DNA from: Nitrospirota bacterium
Lineage (GTDB): Bacteria; Nitrospirota; UBA9217
Assembly (NCBI GenBank): GCA_963751455.1
Contig: CAVVUN010000001.1
Span: 608,001-672,000 of the forward strand
Direction: 5' to 3'
DNA: 64,000 bases
Shown: positions 37,858-49,015 of the stretch, piece by piece
Numbering within the stretch: position 1 is the stretch's first letter
How the letters are laid out: each line of letters begins with the position of its first letter
The notes under the pieces: generated by a model
Database searches by the model: none
Told to the model about the DNA's origin: nothing
The model's input: the letters and a program-made list of their open reading frames with translations, nothing else
Translations under genes and position numbers: made by a program

Positions 37858-38655
37858 TCAGACACTTGCATCTGCTTTTTCTTGAGCGCGGTCCAGGACC
37901 CCCTGTTCGCTCAAATAATCCAGCAGGGCCAGATAGCGCGGAGTCATGTCTTCCGGGACATAACCTGAAAAATAGTTTTGGGGCCAATTGACCAATTCCA
38001 GGTGATCGGCCGGCCAGGCGCCGAGGAACTCTCCCCATTGCGCGCTCGCAACCGATATGTGCCCGTCATTTTCGCCCTCCGCTTCCTCGATGATCTTGTA
38101 TGATAACCATAACGCCGGTGGGATACGCTCTTCCGGACATATTCCGGCTATCGAGAAATAGCGGATTCCGGGCATATCCGGCAACTCAGCATTGAGGGTA
38201 CGACACCGCGACGGCGTTGCATCCCAGATCGCTTCCACATCCACGATCATTTCAGTAAATATGCGGAGTGGTCCGAGGCTGTCGAAGTTCCGGACGAGCC
38301 ACTCACAATACGAACTACCCCGGTGTCCTGTGCCTACAGTAATGAGTGCAGCTACCCGCCCGGCCATATCAAGACGGCTGATCATATAGCGGGCATCCAC
38401 TCCGCCCATTGAATGAGCAATGATAATCACCGGTTCGTTCCTGTTGCCGATTTTTTCAAGCCTGGAGAGAATGTGGGACTTGAGCTCCTTTGCCCTGCGC
38501 TCGACGCCCGCAGTCGGGTGAACCTGCGTCGTTATCACCGGATACCCGCGTTGAGCGATTGCATGATCGATCCCGTTCCAGTAGTGAATGCGAAGCAAGC
38601 CAATCTGCACAACATCGAATCCCCACATGCCGTGGTGTAATACAATGGGCGTCAT
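37858..38655 (-). CDS. triacylglycerol lipase-like alpha/beta hydrolase
   Basis: PIVLHHGMWG, AHSMGG, ENDGHIS..SAQWG, DHLELVNW. Confidence 0.88.
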   Translation of the reverse strand: MTPIVLHHGMWGFDVVQIGLLRIHYWNGIDHAIAQRGYPVITTQVHPTAGVERRAKELKSHILSRLEKIGNRNEPVIIIAHSMGGVDARYMISRLDMAGRVAALITVGTGHRGSSYCEWLVRNFDSLGPLRIFTEMIVDVEAIWDATPSRCRTLNAELPDMPGIRYFSIAGICPEERIPPALWLSYKIIEEAEGENDGHISVASAQWGEFLGAWPADHLELVNWPQNYFSGYVPEDMTPRYLALLDYLSEQGVLDRAQEKADASV

Positions 38656-38781
38656 CCTAACCTCCAAGCGTCGATGTTTGCAACAATTCCCACTGCGATA
38701 TTTTTTAATATAGCATAGCCCCAAGTAAAACCGGCCCTCTGGTCCGCATATTTTCTCTGCTCGAAGACTCTCGGCCTCTCT

Positions 38782-39276
38782 CTACGCCGCAACAGGCATG
38801 CTTTTTTCCTCGACCTCCTGACGTTCGAGTTCCTCGATAAGTTCCTGCAGGAAATTGATCTGGCGGTTTCTCTGTGCGCGATCGCCGGCGCTCCACTTTT
38901 CGCTATCTGCCCGTTTATGGGCAATCTTGAATTTAATACCGCTCATTAAAGTGGTGTAGTCATTCGCATTCAGTTTTTTAACGTTTTGATGCGCTGCAAT
39001 AAACCAATGATACTCCGTCCCGACGGGAACCCCGGAACCTTCCGGAGCTTTTCCAATCCTCCGTTTTTTCACCGCGTAGTTGAATTCCCACTTATCCGGC
39101 GTCACCTTCGTCTCCTTCCATTCGCCTGGATCGTACTGCCACTTATGGCTCCTGCCGATCTTCATGCCTGTGTACCGCTTCCCCTCGAATTCCTTGAATT
39201 CGTTGTACGTTGAAGCGAGCCCTTTCTCGATCTCTTCGTTCTTTTGTTTTTTCCCTATGCGCGTCACGGTCTTCAT
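38782..39276 (-). CDS. conserved-looking basic hypothetical protein
   Basis: SD GGGAGGG; dense W/Y/H/K motifs (YTGMKIGRSHKWQYD, APEGSGVPVGTEYHW). Confidence 0.8.
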   Translation of the reverse strand: MKTVTRIGKKQKNEEIEKGLASTYNEFKEFEGKRYTGMKIGRSHKWQYDPGEWKETKVTPDKWEFNYAVKKRRIGKAPEGSGVPVGTEYHWFIAAHQNVKKLNANDYTTLMSGIKFKIAHKRADSEKWSAGDRAQRNRQINFLQELIEELERQEVEEKSMPVAA

Positions 39277-39391
39277 AGAGTCCCCTCCCTTTTACTGAAT
39301 TAGCTGATCACGTTGAACTTCGTGAACGGCAGTAGAAGGGCTCCCGCGAATCTGAGCCAGATCTCCCCTCGAGCCAGCCAACCGAATTACT

Positions 39392-40381
39392 TTATGCTGC
39401 TTTTTTCAGTTCGTATTTCCTAAGAAGTTCGGCGAGACGATCCATGGTCTCTGCCGCCCCTTCTTCCATCCCGGATTTGACCATCTCGTCCCGGTCCTGG
39501 ACTGACTGGAACACCGATTTGGTCACGAGCTTGGTTTTGCCTCCATGCTCTTCGAGCGTCATAGTTTCCATCGAGACATGGCCAGGCGTACCTTCGAATT
39601 CAAAGGTGTCCACGATTCGCTCCGGCGAGCGGATCTCGTGATATACGCCGTGAAACGCGTATTCATTGCCCTCAGCATCACGGTTGATAAAGCGCCACAT
39701 GCCTCCCGGTCGAACGTCCATCTTGTCAACAATGGTCGTAAACCGTCTCGGGCCCCACCACTCCGATATAAGGTCCGGGTTGGTGCACGCCTCGAACACA
39801 CGATTGCGGGGTGCATCAAAGAGCCGCGTGAGCACAATCTCCTGTTTTCCCGGTTCAGCTATCAGCGTAAAATCCTTCTTTATTATGATGCTTTGGGCAA
39901 GTTTGTCGAAAGACTCGTTCCAGCCTGCCCGGGTGTCGTCGCTCATTTTCCCTGACGGGATGCCGGCATGCTGCAGAGTCATTCTTGTCCTTCCTTCAAT
40001 CTCTTCGAACGTCACCGTGACCAGCAATTCCAGCGGCCATTCTCCGGGCATTCCATAGTGAGATGCTGGAACAATGTTCCCTTTCTCATCGGCAAAACTG
40101 TCGGTTACAACAAGCCGCTCCATCGGAACGATTTCGCGATAGACGCCTGTGCTCCAAAACTCCTGTCCTTCGGCCGAACGCATGCAATTGAGGTACTTGC
40201 CTCCCTCCCGAAGATCGATCCTGACTACCGGAGCGGTGAAGTTTTTCGGCCCCCACCAGCGCATGAATAGATCGGGAACGGTCCAAGCCTTCCAGATGAG
40301 TTCGCGCGGAGCATCGAAGACACGCGTGATTATAAGTCCTCTCTCTGTTTGCTTTTTTATCGGTTCTTTTTTTGTCGCCAT
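39392..40381 (-). CDS. tandem SRPBCC (AHSA1-like) domain protein
   Basis: Two domains beginning TRVFDAPRELIWKAWT and TRLFDAPRNRVFEACT, each with WWGP. Confidence 0.92.
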   Translation of the reverse strand: MATKKEPIKKQTERGLIITRVFDAPRELIWKAWTVPDLFMRWWGPKNFTAPVVRIDLREGGKYLNCMRSAEGQEFWSTGVYREIVPMERLVVTDSFADEKGNIVPASHYGMPGEWPLELLVTVTFEEIEGRTRMTLQHAGIPSGKMSDDTRAGWNESFDKLAQSIIIKKDFTLIAEPGKQEIVLTRLFDAPRNRVFEACTNPDLISEWWGPRRFTTIVDKMDVRPGGMWRFINRDAEGNEYAFHGVYHEIRSPERIVDTFEFEGTPGHVSMETMTLEEHGGKTKLVTKSVFQSVQDRDEMVKSGMEEGAAETMDRLAELLRKYELKKAA

Positions 40382-40572
40382 GGTTTTTCTCCTTTTTAAA
40401 GGCAAAAGGGACTAATTGTATCCTTTTTTAAAGGATAGCACCGGCCCTTGCAGGCGTCAACGGAAGCCTGTTTTTATGATAAGAAAGGGATAATGAATCC
40501 GTAGATACTGATGAGGGAGTTGGGGTGTCGGAAGGAAAGCAGAAATCAGGGATAATACTTACCCGCCGTGCT

Positions 40573-40956
40573 TCAGCCTATTTCGCTTTCTTTTGGCGGA
40601 ATAATGCAGAGAAAACCTAATGGTTCGTCACCGAGAGTATGCAGCTGATGCTCTTCGTTCGGGCTTATATAAACCACATCTCGGGGACCGACCTCGACTT
40701 CCTTATCCCCAAGCCGTACACGCGCCCTGCCGTGGAGAATCAGTACACCGTGGTCATGGGGGTGTTTCTCATGCGCGGTCCAGCCGCCCGGCTCGACTCG
40801 GAAATAACGCATAATGAACTGCCTGGCTCCGTCGGCCTTGCCGATCAGCACTTTGCCGTCAGCGCCCCTGGTATTCGATTTGATATACCCCCGCGGGATT
40901 GCCCCTTCCCAGTTGAAATTTCCCTCTTCCCCGGTAAAGCGATGCACTACACTCAT
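40573..40956 (-). CDS. cupin domain protein
   Basis: MRYFRVEPGG..AHEKHPHDH, PNEEHQL, LGFLCIIP. Confidence 0.9.
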   Translation of the reverse strand: MSVVHRFTGEEGNFNWEGAIPRGYIKSNTRGADGKVLIGKADGARQFIMRYFRVEPGGWTAHEKHPHDHGVLILHGRARVRLGDKEVEVGPRDVVYISPNEEHQLHTLGDEPLGFLCIIPPKESEIG

Positions 40957-41078
40957 TACGCAACCTCCGAAATTTGAATAATATACATCGTATTTTGATT
41001 TTTTACCTCTCTTTTTGAAGGAGAAGGGTTCGGACAGGAAAGCTGAATAAAACAGAGCTTATCAGGCCATCCAAGAAA

Positions 41079-41211
41079 GATGATCTCGTAAAAAGTCGTC
41101 TCCCCGGTGAAAACCGGGATCCAGTGGTTATCGAACTTATTGAAAAGACTGGATACCGGCGTTCGCCGGCATGACGAAATTGGGTGTTTTCTGACTTCTT
41201 ACGAATGCATC
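41079..41211. mobile_element. MITE (133 bp) carrying an internal REP-like palindrome
   Basis: TIRs GATGATCTCGTAAAAAGTC / GACTTCTTACGAATGCATC; AAGAAA duplicated at 41073-41078 and 41212-41217. Confidence 0.75.
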
Positions 41212-41245
41212 AAGAAAGCTGAAGACAATAATAATTGCTTTGCAG

Positions 41246-43579
41246 CTATCTTTTATCCACCAATTCCCTGAGTTTATCGGCCGGTAAAGGTTCACTGAAG
41301 AGAAAGCCCTGCATCTCGTCGCAGCCCGTCTTGCTCAGGAATTCAAGTTGCTCCTCCGTCTCCACACCCTCGGCCACGACCTTCATCTTCATGCTATGGG
41401 CCATTGCGGTTACTGTCTGGACGATCGTTCTGTCATCGGCGTCGGTAGTGATATCCCGAACAAAGGACTTGTCGATCTTGAGGCGCTCTATCGGCAGCCG
41501 CTTAAGATAATTCAGGGATGAGTAGCCTGTGCCGAAATCATCTATCGAGATATGAATCCCCATTTTCGTCAGCTCTTTCAGCCGTGCTACTGACCGCTCG
41601 ACGTCACTCATTGCGGTCGTTTCCGTGATTTCAAGGTCCAGGTAGGCTGGAGGCATCCCGGTCTCCTCAAGGACCTTTGTTATGTTACTGACGAACTCCG
41701 GGCTCTGGAACTGACGGGCTGAGAGGTTAACCGTGAGGCAGAGAGGAGGCAATCCGGCATCGATCCATGACTTGAATTGGGTACAGACAGTCCGCAAGAC
41801 CCACTTGTCTATGGCGGTAATGAATCCTGTCTCCTCGGCTATAGGAATAAAGCTGGCTGGTTCCAGAAGTCCCCTTTCGGGGTGCCGCCACCTGACCAGT
41901 GCTTCAGCGCAAACGATACGCCTGGTACTGATATTCACCTGCGGCTGGTAGTCCACGGAGAGTTCATTGCGCTCGACTGACTGGCGCAGCCAGCTTTCCA
42001 TCAGCATGCGCTCAAGGGAGCGTACATTGATGGCCGTATTGTAGAACTGGAAATTGTTCCTGCCCAGCTCTTTGGCGTAATACATGGCAATATCGGCATA
42101 CCGGAAGAGCGTGTCCATATCTTCGCTGTCATCCGGATAAACGCTGATGCCGATGCTCGTCGTCATGTGGAGCTCATGGCCCGCAAGCAAAAAAGGTTTC
42201 CTGAACGACTCGATGATCTTTCGGGTAATATCCCCAATGACCTCCGCCTTGGTGATATCGGCAAGGATGATATTGAATTCATCGCCTCCGGTGCGCGCAA
42301 CGGTATCCGATTCCCTGACAGTGGCTTTAAGCCGGGTGGTAACCTCTTTCAGGAGCATGTCCCCTACTTCATGGCCGAGAGTATCGTTGATCTCCTTGAA
42401 ACGGTCGAGGTCCATAAAAAGAAGGGCCATGCTTGTCCGGTGCCTTCGGGCTTGAGCGGATTCAATACGGATGATATCGATAAAAAGACGCCGGTTCGGC
42501 AGATCGGTCAACGCATCGTGATGCGCCATATGCCGCATCTCTTCTTCTATCAGCATGCGGTCATTGTAGAGTCGGGCATTTGCGAGAGCAAGCGAAAGAG
42601 AGGCGGAAAGCTTTCTGGCAAAATCAACGTAGTCGTCATTAAAATAGAATGGAAATGCGCTATAGAAGTTTATAACGCCCAGCACATCTCCCCTGCTGAT
42701 CAAGGGAGCAGCCAGTAGAGACCGGATGCCGAATTTTCTTATGTCCTCCTGACTCAGGCGATCGTCATTATAGGCGTCATTAAAGACAATGATATCCCTG
42801 CCGGAAACCGCATAGTGTGAACTCTTAAAGCGTTCGGCGCTGATATGAGCGCCGATAAATTCTTCAGGGATATTATAGCCGTACTTGACGACAAAAGAGC
42901 CGTCTTGCAGCAGTGAGATCGTGATTGCATCCGCTTTTAATATAGCTCCCGACTCATGCACAGCTCTTTGCATGATTTCATCGTAGTCGAAGGTTGAGTG
43001 GATGGTCTCGTTGATTTTATTGAGGGCATCACTAAGTTCCTTTGATTCTATTAATTTCTCCTCGGCCCGCTTGCGGTCGGTGATCTCATCCTGAAGAGAG
43101 GCGGTAAGCCTGGATAATTCCGCCGTCCTTATTTCAACACGGCGCTCCAGGTCGGCATGGGCCTTCAACAATTCATGCTCGGCTTTCCTGCGTTCGGCCC
43201 TCTCGGTGGCTTCAAGAATTGCCCGCCGTACAGCCGGCCCAAGTCTCCGGAGCCGATTTTTGAGCACATAATCCGTTGCCCCTTTTTTCAACGCCTCTAT
43301 CGCAAGGTCTTCTCCAATTACCCCGGATACAAAAAGGAAGGGAGTCCCCGGGCTCTTTTCAACAGCCAATTCTAAAGCCGAGAGACCATCGAATTCGGGA
43401 AGAGAGTAATCCCCGAGAATGAGATCGAACATACCCTCCTCCAGGGCGTGGACATATTCTTCTTTTGTGTCAACGCGCACGACCTCGCATTGAATACCGT
43501 CCTCATGAAGGCGTGCCTGAATGAGCTCGGCATCGTAGGCATTGTCTTCCAAATTCAATATGCGCAGCTTATTGTCCAT
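41246..43579 (-). CDS. REC-GAF-GGDEF-EAL diguanylate cyclase/phosphodiesterase
   Basis: Receiver (LEDN, LGDYSLP), GAF, intact GGDEF, EALVRW, DDFGTGYSS. Confidence 0.94.
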   Translation of the reverse strand: MDNKLRILNLEDNAYDAELIQARLHEDGIQCEVVRVDTKEEYVHALEEGMFDLILGDYSLPEFDGLSALELAVEKSPGTPFLFVSGVIGEDLAIEALKKGATDYVLKNRLRRLGPAVRRAILEATERAERRKAEHELLKAHADLERRVEIRTAELSRLTASLQDEITDRKRAEEKLIESKELSDALNKINETIHSTFDYDEIMQRAVHESGAILKADAITISLLQDGSFVVKYGYNIPEEFIGAHISAERFKSSHYAVSGRDIIVFNDAYNDDRLSQEDIRKFGIRSLLAAPLISRGDVLGVINFYSAFPFYFNDDYVDFARKLSASLSLALANARLYNDRMLIEEEMRHMAHHDALTDLPNRRLFIDIIRIESAQARRHRTSMALLFMDLDRFKEINDTLGHEVGDMLLKEVTTRLKATVRESDTVARTGGDEFNIILADITKAEVIGDITRKIIESFRKPFLLAGHELHMTTSIGISVYPDDSEDMDTLFRYADIAMYYAKELGRNNFQFYNTAINVRSLERMLMESWLRQSVERNELSVDYQPQVNISTRRIVCAEALVRWRHPERGLLEPASFIPIAEETGFITAIDKWVLRTVCTQFKSWIDAGLPPLCLTVNLSARQFQSPEFVSNITKVLEETGMPPAYLDLEITETTAMSDVERSVARLKELTKMGIHISIDDFGTGYSSLNYLKRLPIERLKIDKSFVRDITTDADDRTIVQTVTAMAHSMKMKVVAEGVETEEQLEFLSKTGCDEMQGFLFSEPLPADKLRELVDKR

Positions 43580-43656
43580 ACCGGTTATTGCTTCCGGCAT
43601 CGTGGCTATGTCCGGAATCCAATTCAGCATTTAGTTTGGTTGCGCTATGTGCGTGG

Positions 43657-44106
43657 TCACTCAGGGGTCCTGCCGGGCGGTGGTTCATTGATAATGGCCC
43701 AGAATACCCCGAGTCCTTTCACCGCACTGGCAAACTCATGAATGGCTATGGGCTTTACCACGTAGGCGTTTACGCCGAGCCGATAGCTCTCGACAAGATC
43801 CCGCTCCTCGCGTGACGAAGTAAGCACCACGACCGGAATTATTTTGAGTTTTTCATCGGATTTTACGGTCCTGAGCACTTCAATCCCGTCTATTTTAGGC
43901 AGCTTAAGGTCTAAAAGAATGACCGCCGGATTTTCCTCGCGCCGCTTTGCGAATGTTTCGCGCCGATACAGATAATCGAGGGCTTCGGCGCCATCACCCG
44001 CCACCACCACCTCATTGGCAATGTTGTATTCGGCAAGCGCTTTGAGTGTCAGTTCTACGTCATAGCGGTTGTCCTCAACCAGCAGAATCCGTCTTAGCTC
44101 CATCAT
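43657..44106 (-). CDS. single-domain response regulator (Rcp1-like)
   Basis: LLVEDN, LLDLKLPKIDG, LTSS, NAYVVKP. Confidence 0.94.
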   Translation of the reverse strand: MMELRRILLVEDNRYDVELTLKALAEYNIANEVVVAGDGAEALDYLYRRETFAKRREENPAVILLDLKLPKIDGIEVLRTVKSDEKLKIIPVVVLTSSREERDLVESYRLGVNAYVVKPIAIHEFASAVKGLGVFWAIINEPPPGRTPE

Positions 44107-44110
44107 GTCT

Positions 44111-45539
44111 CACGCCTCCTTCGCGGATTAGAGAGAAATAGAACGTCGTTCCTTCCCCAATGACGCTTTCGGCCCATACACTGCCTCCGTGGCGGTGGAT
44201 AATACGCTGCACATTCGCGAGCCCCACGCCTGTGCCTTCGAACTCCTCGGACTTATGCAGGCGCTGGAAGAGGCTAAAAAGCTTATTTTTGTATCTCATA
44301 TCAAACCCCACCCCATTGTCCTTCACAAAAAATACTAGTCTGTTTTCTTCATCCCTGCTCCCTATCTCTATTATCGCATGTTTACGGGGACGCGTAAACT
44401 TAAGAGCATTTGAAATCAGGTTGGCCCATACCTGCCTGAGGAGCGTAGGATCTCCGAAGACCACGGGCAAGCTCTGTATCTTCCACTCCACCTCTCTTCC
44501 TTGCGCTTCCACGCTGAAATCACGAACAACCTCACTCACAAGGGCGTTAAAATCAACAGGCTGCCTTTTCATTTCGACGCGGCCTGCCCGTGAAAAGGCC
44601 AGGAGATCATCAATCAGATTGCCCATCTTGCCGGCTGAATCCGTAATCACCTCGAGGTAGTGCCTGCCTTCTTCGTCCAGGCCCTCTCCGGATCCTTTGG
44701 TTATCAGATCAACGAACCCCGTAATGTGCCGGAGCGGAGCGCGTAAGTCATGCGAAACCGAATAGGAAAAAGCCTCAAAGTTCCCTGTTTGCAGCCTGAA
44801 GCCGGCCGATGGTGCGCTGCAATTCGGCATAAGAATGCGCCAGTTCTGCGGTCATGTGATTGAGCGCCTTCGCAAGCTGCCCGATCTCATCACCCGAATA
44901 CTCCGGTGCGCTCACTTTAAGATCCCCGCCGGCGATGCGCCGCGCCATATATGAAAGCCTTAGCAGCGGCTCGGAAATCAACCGTCGCAACGATATCTGA
45001 AGCAGAAACGCGCCTCCCGCAAGTGCAAGCGCCACCACGAGCATTATGCCGGCATAGCCCCTCAGCCGTGAATAAACGCCAACCATATCGGCGCGCAGAT
45101 AAAGTGTGCCCAGGGGGAGTCCCTTTTCCTTAATGGCTCGGACCAACTCAACATGCCGGCCCGTGGTTCGCAGGCCTTCGGGCCCGGGCTTTGGCGGCGA
45201 GATCAATGCCTGACCTGCTCGTACATAAGAGGCAAACACACGGCCGTGAGTGGTGTACACGGCAGCGAAAGAGACGGCGGGCGAGGCCTTCAGGGTATTC
45301 AATATTTCCTGCGCGGTCTTCGCATCATCAAACGCCAGTGCAGGCGCAGTGTTATCGGCGAGAAACATGCCTCCCTCATTCACTTCCTTGATCAGGCGGC
45401 TGCGATACGTGGCGATTTCATAAGATGCAATGCCGGCCATAACCAGTAACAGCGACGAAAAAACGGTTGCCAGGATGATCAGAAGCAGCTTGCGCTGAAT
45501 AGGCCAATTGCGAAGATGAGAAGTGCGAAATATCCTCAT
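44111..45539 (-). pseudogene. membrane sensor histidine kinase (periplasmic sensor-HAMP-HisKA-HATPase) with a frameshift near 44777; 3' end approximate
   Basis: ...AANREL continues as EAFSYSVSHDLRAPLR if one T is removed from GAACTTTGAG; N, G1, F and G2 boxes are in ORF 44075-44830. Confidence 0.85.
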
Positions 45540-45540
45540 A

Positions 45541-46086
45541 CTATAATACCGCCCCGCATTCCGCGGATCTCGCTATCCGCTTCAGTCTGGAGTCGATCTT
45601 CAGTCCCACCTGCGCTGTGGCCTTCGAATTCAACTCAAAACCCACTTTACCGCCTTCCATTACCAAACCGACCATACCACCTTGCCGGCAGAATTCACCG
45701 ATGTCGAGCACATCGCTCACGATCAACATGCTGATGTTTCTGATCGGGGCCAGTACCTGCTGCATCCGCGGCTGCTCCGAACTGCTTACGAACAGCATGT
45801 GGCACTCCCGGCCGGCTTCCGCATTTTCCGGATGGCGAATTTCTACGGGATGAGCGCCTACGCTTGTTTCGCCCATTTCCCGCTGCAGCCACGGTCCGAA
45901 CGGGTCTTTGCCCAACACGCAGACGACGAACGGGCTGGTGTCCGCGGAGAATGCATCGACGGGCCACTCCACGAAAAGAGCGAATTTGTACAGCATTGCC
46001 GCCTTGACCTGGTATTCGGGGGCCTGAGCGTACACCAACGTGAATCGCACCAGAAGGATGAGACCCAAAGAAATATTTTTGATCAC
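45541..46086 (-). CDS. YfiR/DUF4154-family periplasmic protein
   Basis: EYQVKAAMLYKFALFVEWP, CVLGKDPFG, FELN...GLKIDSRL. Confidence 0.9.
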   Translation of the reverse strand: MIKNISLGLILLVRFTLVYAQAPEYQVKAAMLYKFALFVEWPVDAFSADTSPFVVCVLGKDPFGPWLQREMGETSVGAHPVEIRHPENAEAGRECHMLFVSSSEQPRMQQVLAPIRNISMLIVSDVLDIGEFCRQGGMVGLVMEGGKVGFELNSKATAQVGLKIDSRLKRIARSAECGAVL

Positions 46087-46118
46087 GGAAGCACCTAAGA
46101 CCAAGACAAAATCAATTT

Positions 46119-46267
46119 TCGCGCAAAGCCGCAAAGTCGCAAAGAAAAGCTAACTTTTTTATGTTTTATAAAATCAAGATCAAGACTTAAATATTTCTTT
46201 GCGCCTTGGCGGCTTTGCTTGCACCCCAGTCGTTTGCGAGTGTTCCGCGAGCACAGGGCGCGCGAGA
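46119..46267. repeat. palindromic repeat built of CGCAAAG 8-mer triplets with a nested insert
   Basis: TCGCGCAAAGCCGCAAAGTCGCAAAG ... CTTTGCGCCTTGGCGGCTTTGC[insert]GCGCGAGA. Confidence 0.75.
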
Positions 46268-46354
46268 CACTTTTGTTTTATGGTTTATCCGTCGGAATCC
46301 TGTCTCATTAAGATTTAACCTGAAACATTAAACCGGAGTCTCGAAACTGCAGTT

Positions 46355-48495
46355 TCAAAACAGCCACGTAACTTTTCCGTAAACGTCGCGCTCGATCTCG
46401 GCCGGTTCACTTCTGAAAAACGGGTTCGTTCCGAATTCAGGGTGATGATCATCGAGCAGGTTCCTGCCGACGATTTCCAGGGTCAGGTTTTTCCGAAGCT
46501 TTCGTGCCAAACGCGCGTCGAGAGCTATATATGAATCAACCATGTTCCCTACTCCGGGCGCATTGCCGGGAATGAGTGCCTTGATCCGGTCTACGTACCG
46601 GCCGCTGAGATCGAATTCCACATTACCCGTCAGGTTCCAGGAGGATTGCAGGTATACCTGGTTTTGAGGGCTTTGCCCCTCGGCAGCTTCGGCATCAGGC
46701 GGCAGCCCCGGCTCTTTCCGCTCCAACTGCATCTTAAGATAAGTATAAGCCGCATAAAGCCGCATCCTTGTGTCACTTGCCATGTGGCGGCCAGTTCTGC
46801 GCCATATGTCCTGGCATCCAGGCCGTTAATCGACATCAGCGGGAGCGAAAGTGTCCCATCCGGTCCCGGCTGAATAGCGCCGGGCTGAACAGTAGTAATA
46901 TCGTGATAACGATTGTAAAAAAATGCGCTGTCCACCGAGAAATCCGGCTTTGCCTGGACCCGATAGCCGAGCTCGTAGGCCCACAGTTTTTCCGAATCGA
47001 GGTCGGGATTTCCTACGACGACCGGAAAAACCGGCGGGACAATCGAGACCGGAAGGGAACTGGCCCTCATTACGCCGGATTCGGCCTCGTGCGGCGTGCG
47101 CACAGCCCGCGACACTGCGGTCCATACGGTTTGGCGTTTACTGGGCGTCCAGAGCAGGCGAAGGGTAGGCTGCGCCTCGAAGTCCGTTTTATCGTTATGC
47201 TCAAATTTGGAGCCGAGTATGACGCTCACTTTGTTCTCGACCAGCGCGATTTCGTCATGCACAAACGCGCTGCCTACATGGGAATACCGCTGATTCCGGT
47301 CCCAGCTCAGGAAAAATCCGTTGTCTCTTTCGCTGTTGCTCGCAAACATGTCGGTCAGGCGATAACCCACCCCGTAAACGATTTTGTGCCGGTCTCCCCA
47401 TTTCAACTGATGCTGGAAATCCAGGTCATAGATGTCCCATTCCAGTTTTATCTGCATGCTTTCCAGCTCCCGATCGAACCGCTCCCAATAAAAATGCACG
47501 ATCCAACCGGAATCACTGTCCACCTGATGCGTCCAGCGGCCCAGGAGATTTACATCAGTCGTGGGTTCCGAATCAGCGCTCGTGAATGCATACGGCGGCG
47601 CGGTTTGAGGAAGGAGGCTCTTGCTGCCGGGCTCGCTCCGGAGGTAGTCGCCTTGGAAGGTCACCAGGTCCTGTTTGGTCTTTTGCCAGTCAGACCGGAA
47701 TCCGCCGCTTCTGCCCTTCCAATCGTCACTGGTATTGCCCACGCCCGAAAACTGTTCATCCCGGTCAAAGCCCTTTCCATACGCGCGGAAGAAGCGGTCT
47801 TCGCCGATTTTGCCGCCGTAGCGGAGCGTGCCGAAGCCTTTCTCCTCGGTTCCGCCACCGATGCTCAGCATACCGCCCTGGGTGTCCTTCGCCGGCTTGG
47901 TGATGATATTGATGATACCATTGACTGCGTTGGCTCCCCACAGGCTCGCGCCCGGTCCGCGAATAACCTCAATGCGTTCGATGTCCTCGAGCGGATAATC
48001 CACCGAGTCCCAGAAGACGCCGGAGAACAGCGGGTTGTACAGAACGCGCCCATCTATCTGTACCAGCAGTTTGTTAGCCAAGCGGTCATTGAATCCCCGC
48101 GAGCTAATTGCCCATTTGTTGTTGTCCATGCGCGCGACGTTCATCCCCGGAACCCTTCGGAACAGCTCAGGGATTGTCGTGGCGCCTGAGCGCCGGATAT
48201 CCTCCTGAGTGATAACGTAAACTGCAGCGGCCGACTCACCGACCGTGCTTTCCCTGCGTGTAACGGTGGTAACCTCAATGTTCATCAACTGTTCCAGCTC
48301 CAGCTCCCTCAGGCGCGTCGGCAGCTGCGATTCTTTTCCCGTATTCTGAGTCGTCTGTTGTTCTGGAAAACCGGCGGTGGTTTCGGCAGCCTCCGCGTTT
48401 ATGGCAATCTTTAATATCAGCAGCAAGATGATACTGCACTTCCAGTCTCTCCATAGGGGTGTGTTCCGCTTCAAGACAGGTATTCGGTTCATCAC
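46355..48495 (-). pseudogene. TonB-dependent receptor with a frameshift near 46765
   Basis: Plug motifs (LEQLMNIEVTTV, IERIEVIRGPGASLWGANAVNGIINIITK); WQVTQG joins RLYAAYTYL if one base is added; ends YGKVTWLF. Confidence 0.85.
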
Positions 48496-49015
48496 TCCTC
48501 CATTCTTCTTATGCAGATCATGAAATACTCTTCTTCATCTTTTAGTTGCCATAATGAACCCTACATAGCTGTATATAAGAATAGTACCGATTTGCGGATA
48601 GCACAACTTAGCGGCTAGCACAGGGAGCATCGGCCTGGTCGATCCGTGGTGGTTCGACGCCAAATGATTCGTTTATCTGCAGCTATTGCACCGGCAGCCG
48701 CTTCAGATTCGATATAGAGGGCTGGATGCAATCTGTAAAGAAAGCTTGTCAAAGGGAGATTATGAAACCGACCGGGTCACTGAGAGGTGAAGGGAGAGAG
48801 GAGAGTGTGAACAGTCAGGGCGATCGAGAGGCATGGTAACGGTTCCAGGAAACGTTCCTCTTATAAGGAAGGCTGTATCTCTTGCGGGAAAGCGCGACCA
48901 AAGTGGGAACAGAGATAGTTAAGGTGGGGTCTATCGGAGATGTATGGATGTATGGATGAAGTCAGGATAAATTACAGGAAGAGGCCCGGACCTGCTCCCG
49001 GGCCACTTCAAGGCC

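Noticed and set aside
48500-49010. Riboswitch or ncRNA upstream of the TonB receptor
   Set aside because: No cobalamin, TPP or other consensus was recognisable by eye; an Rfam scan would be needed
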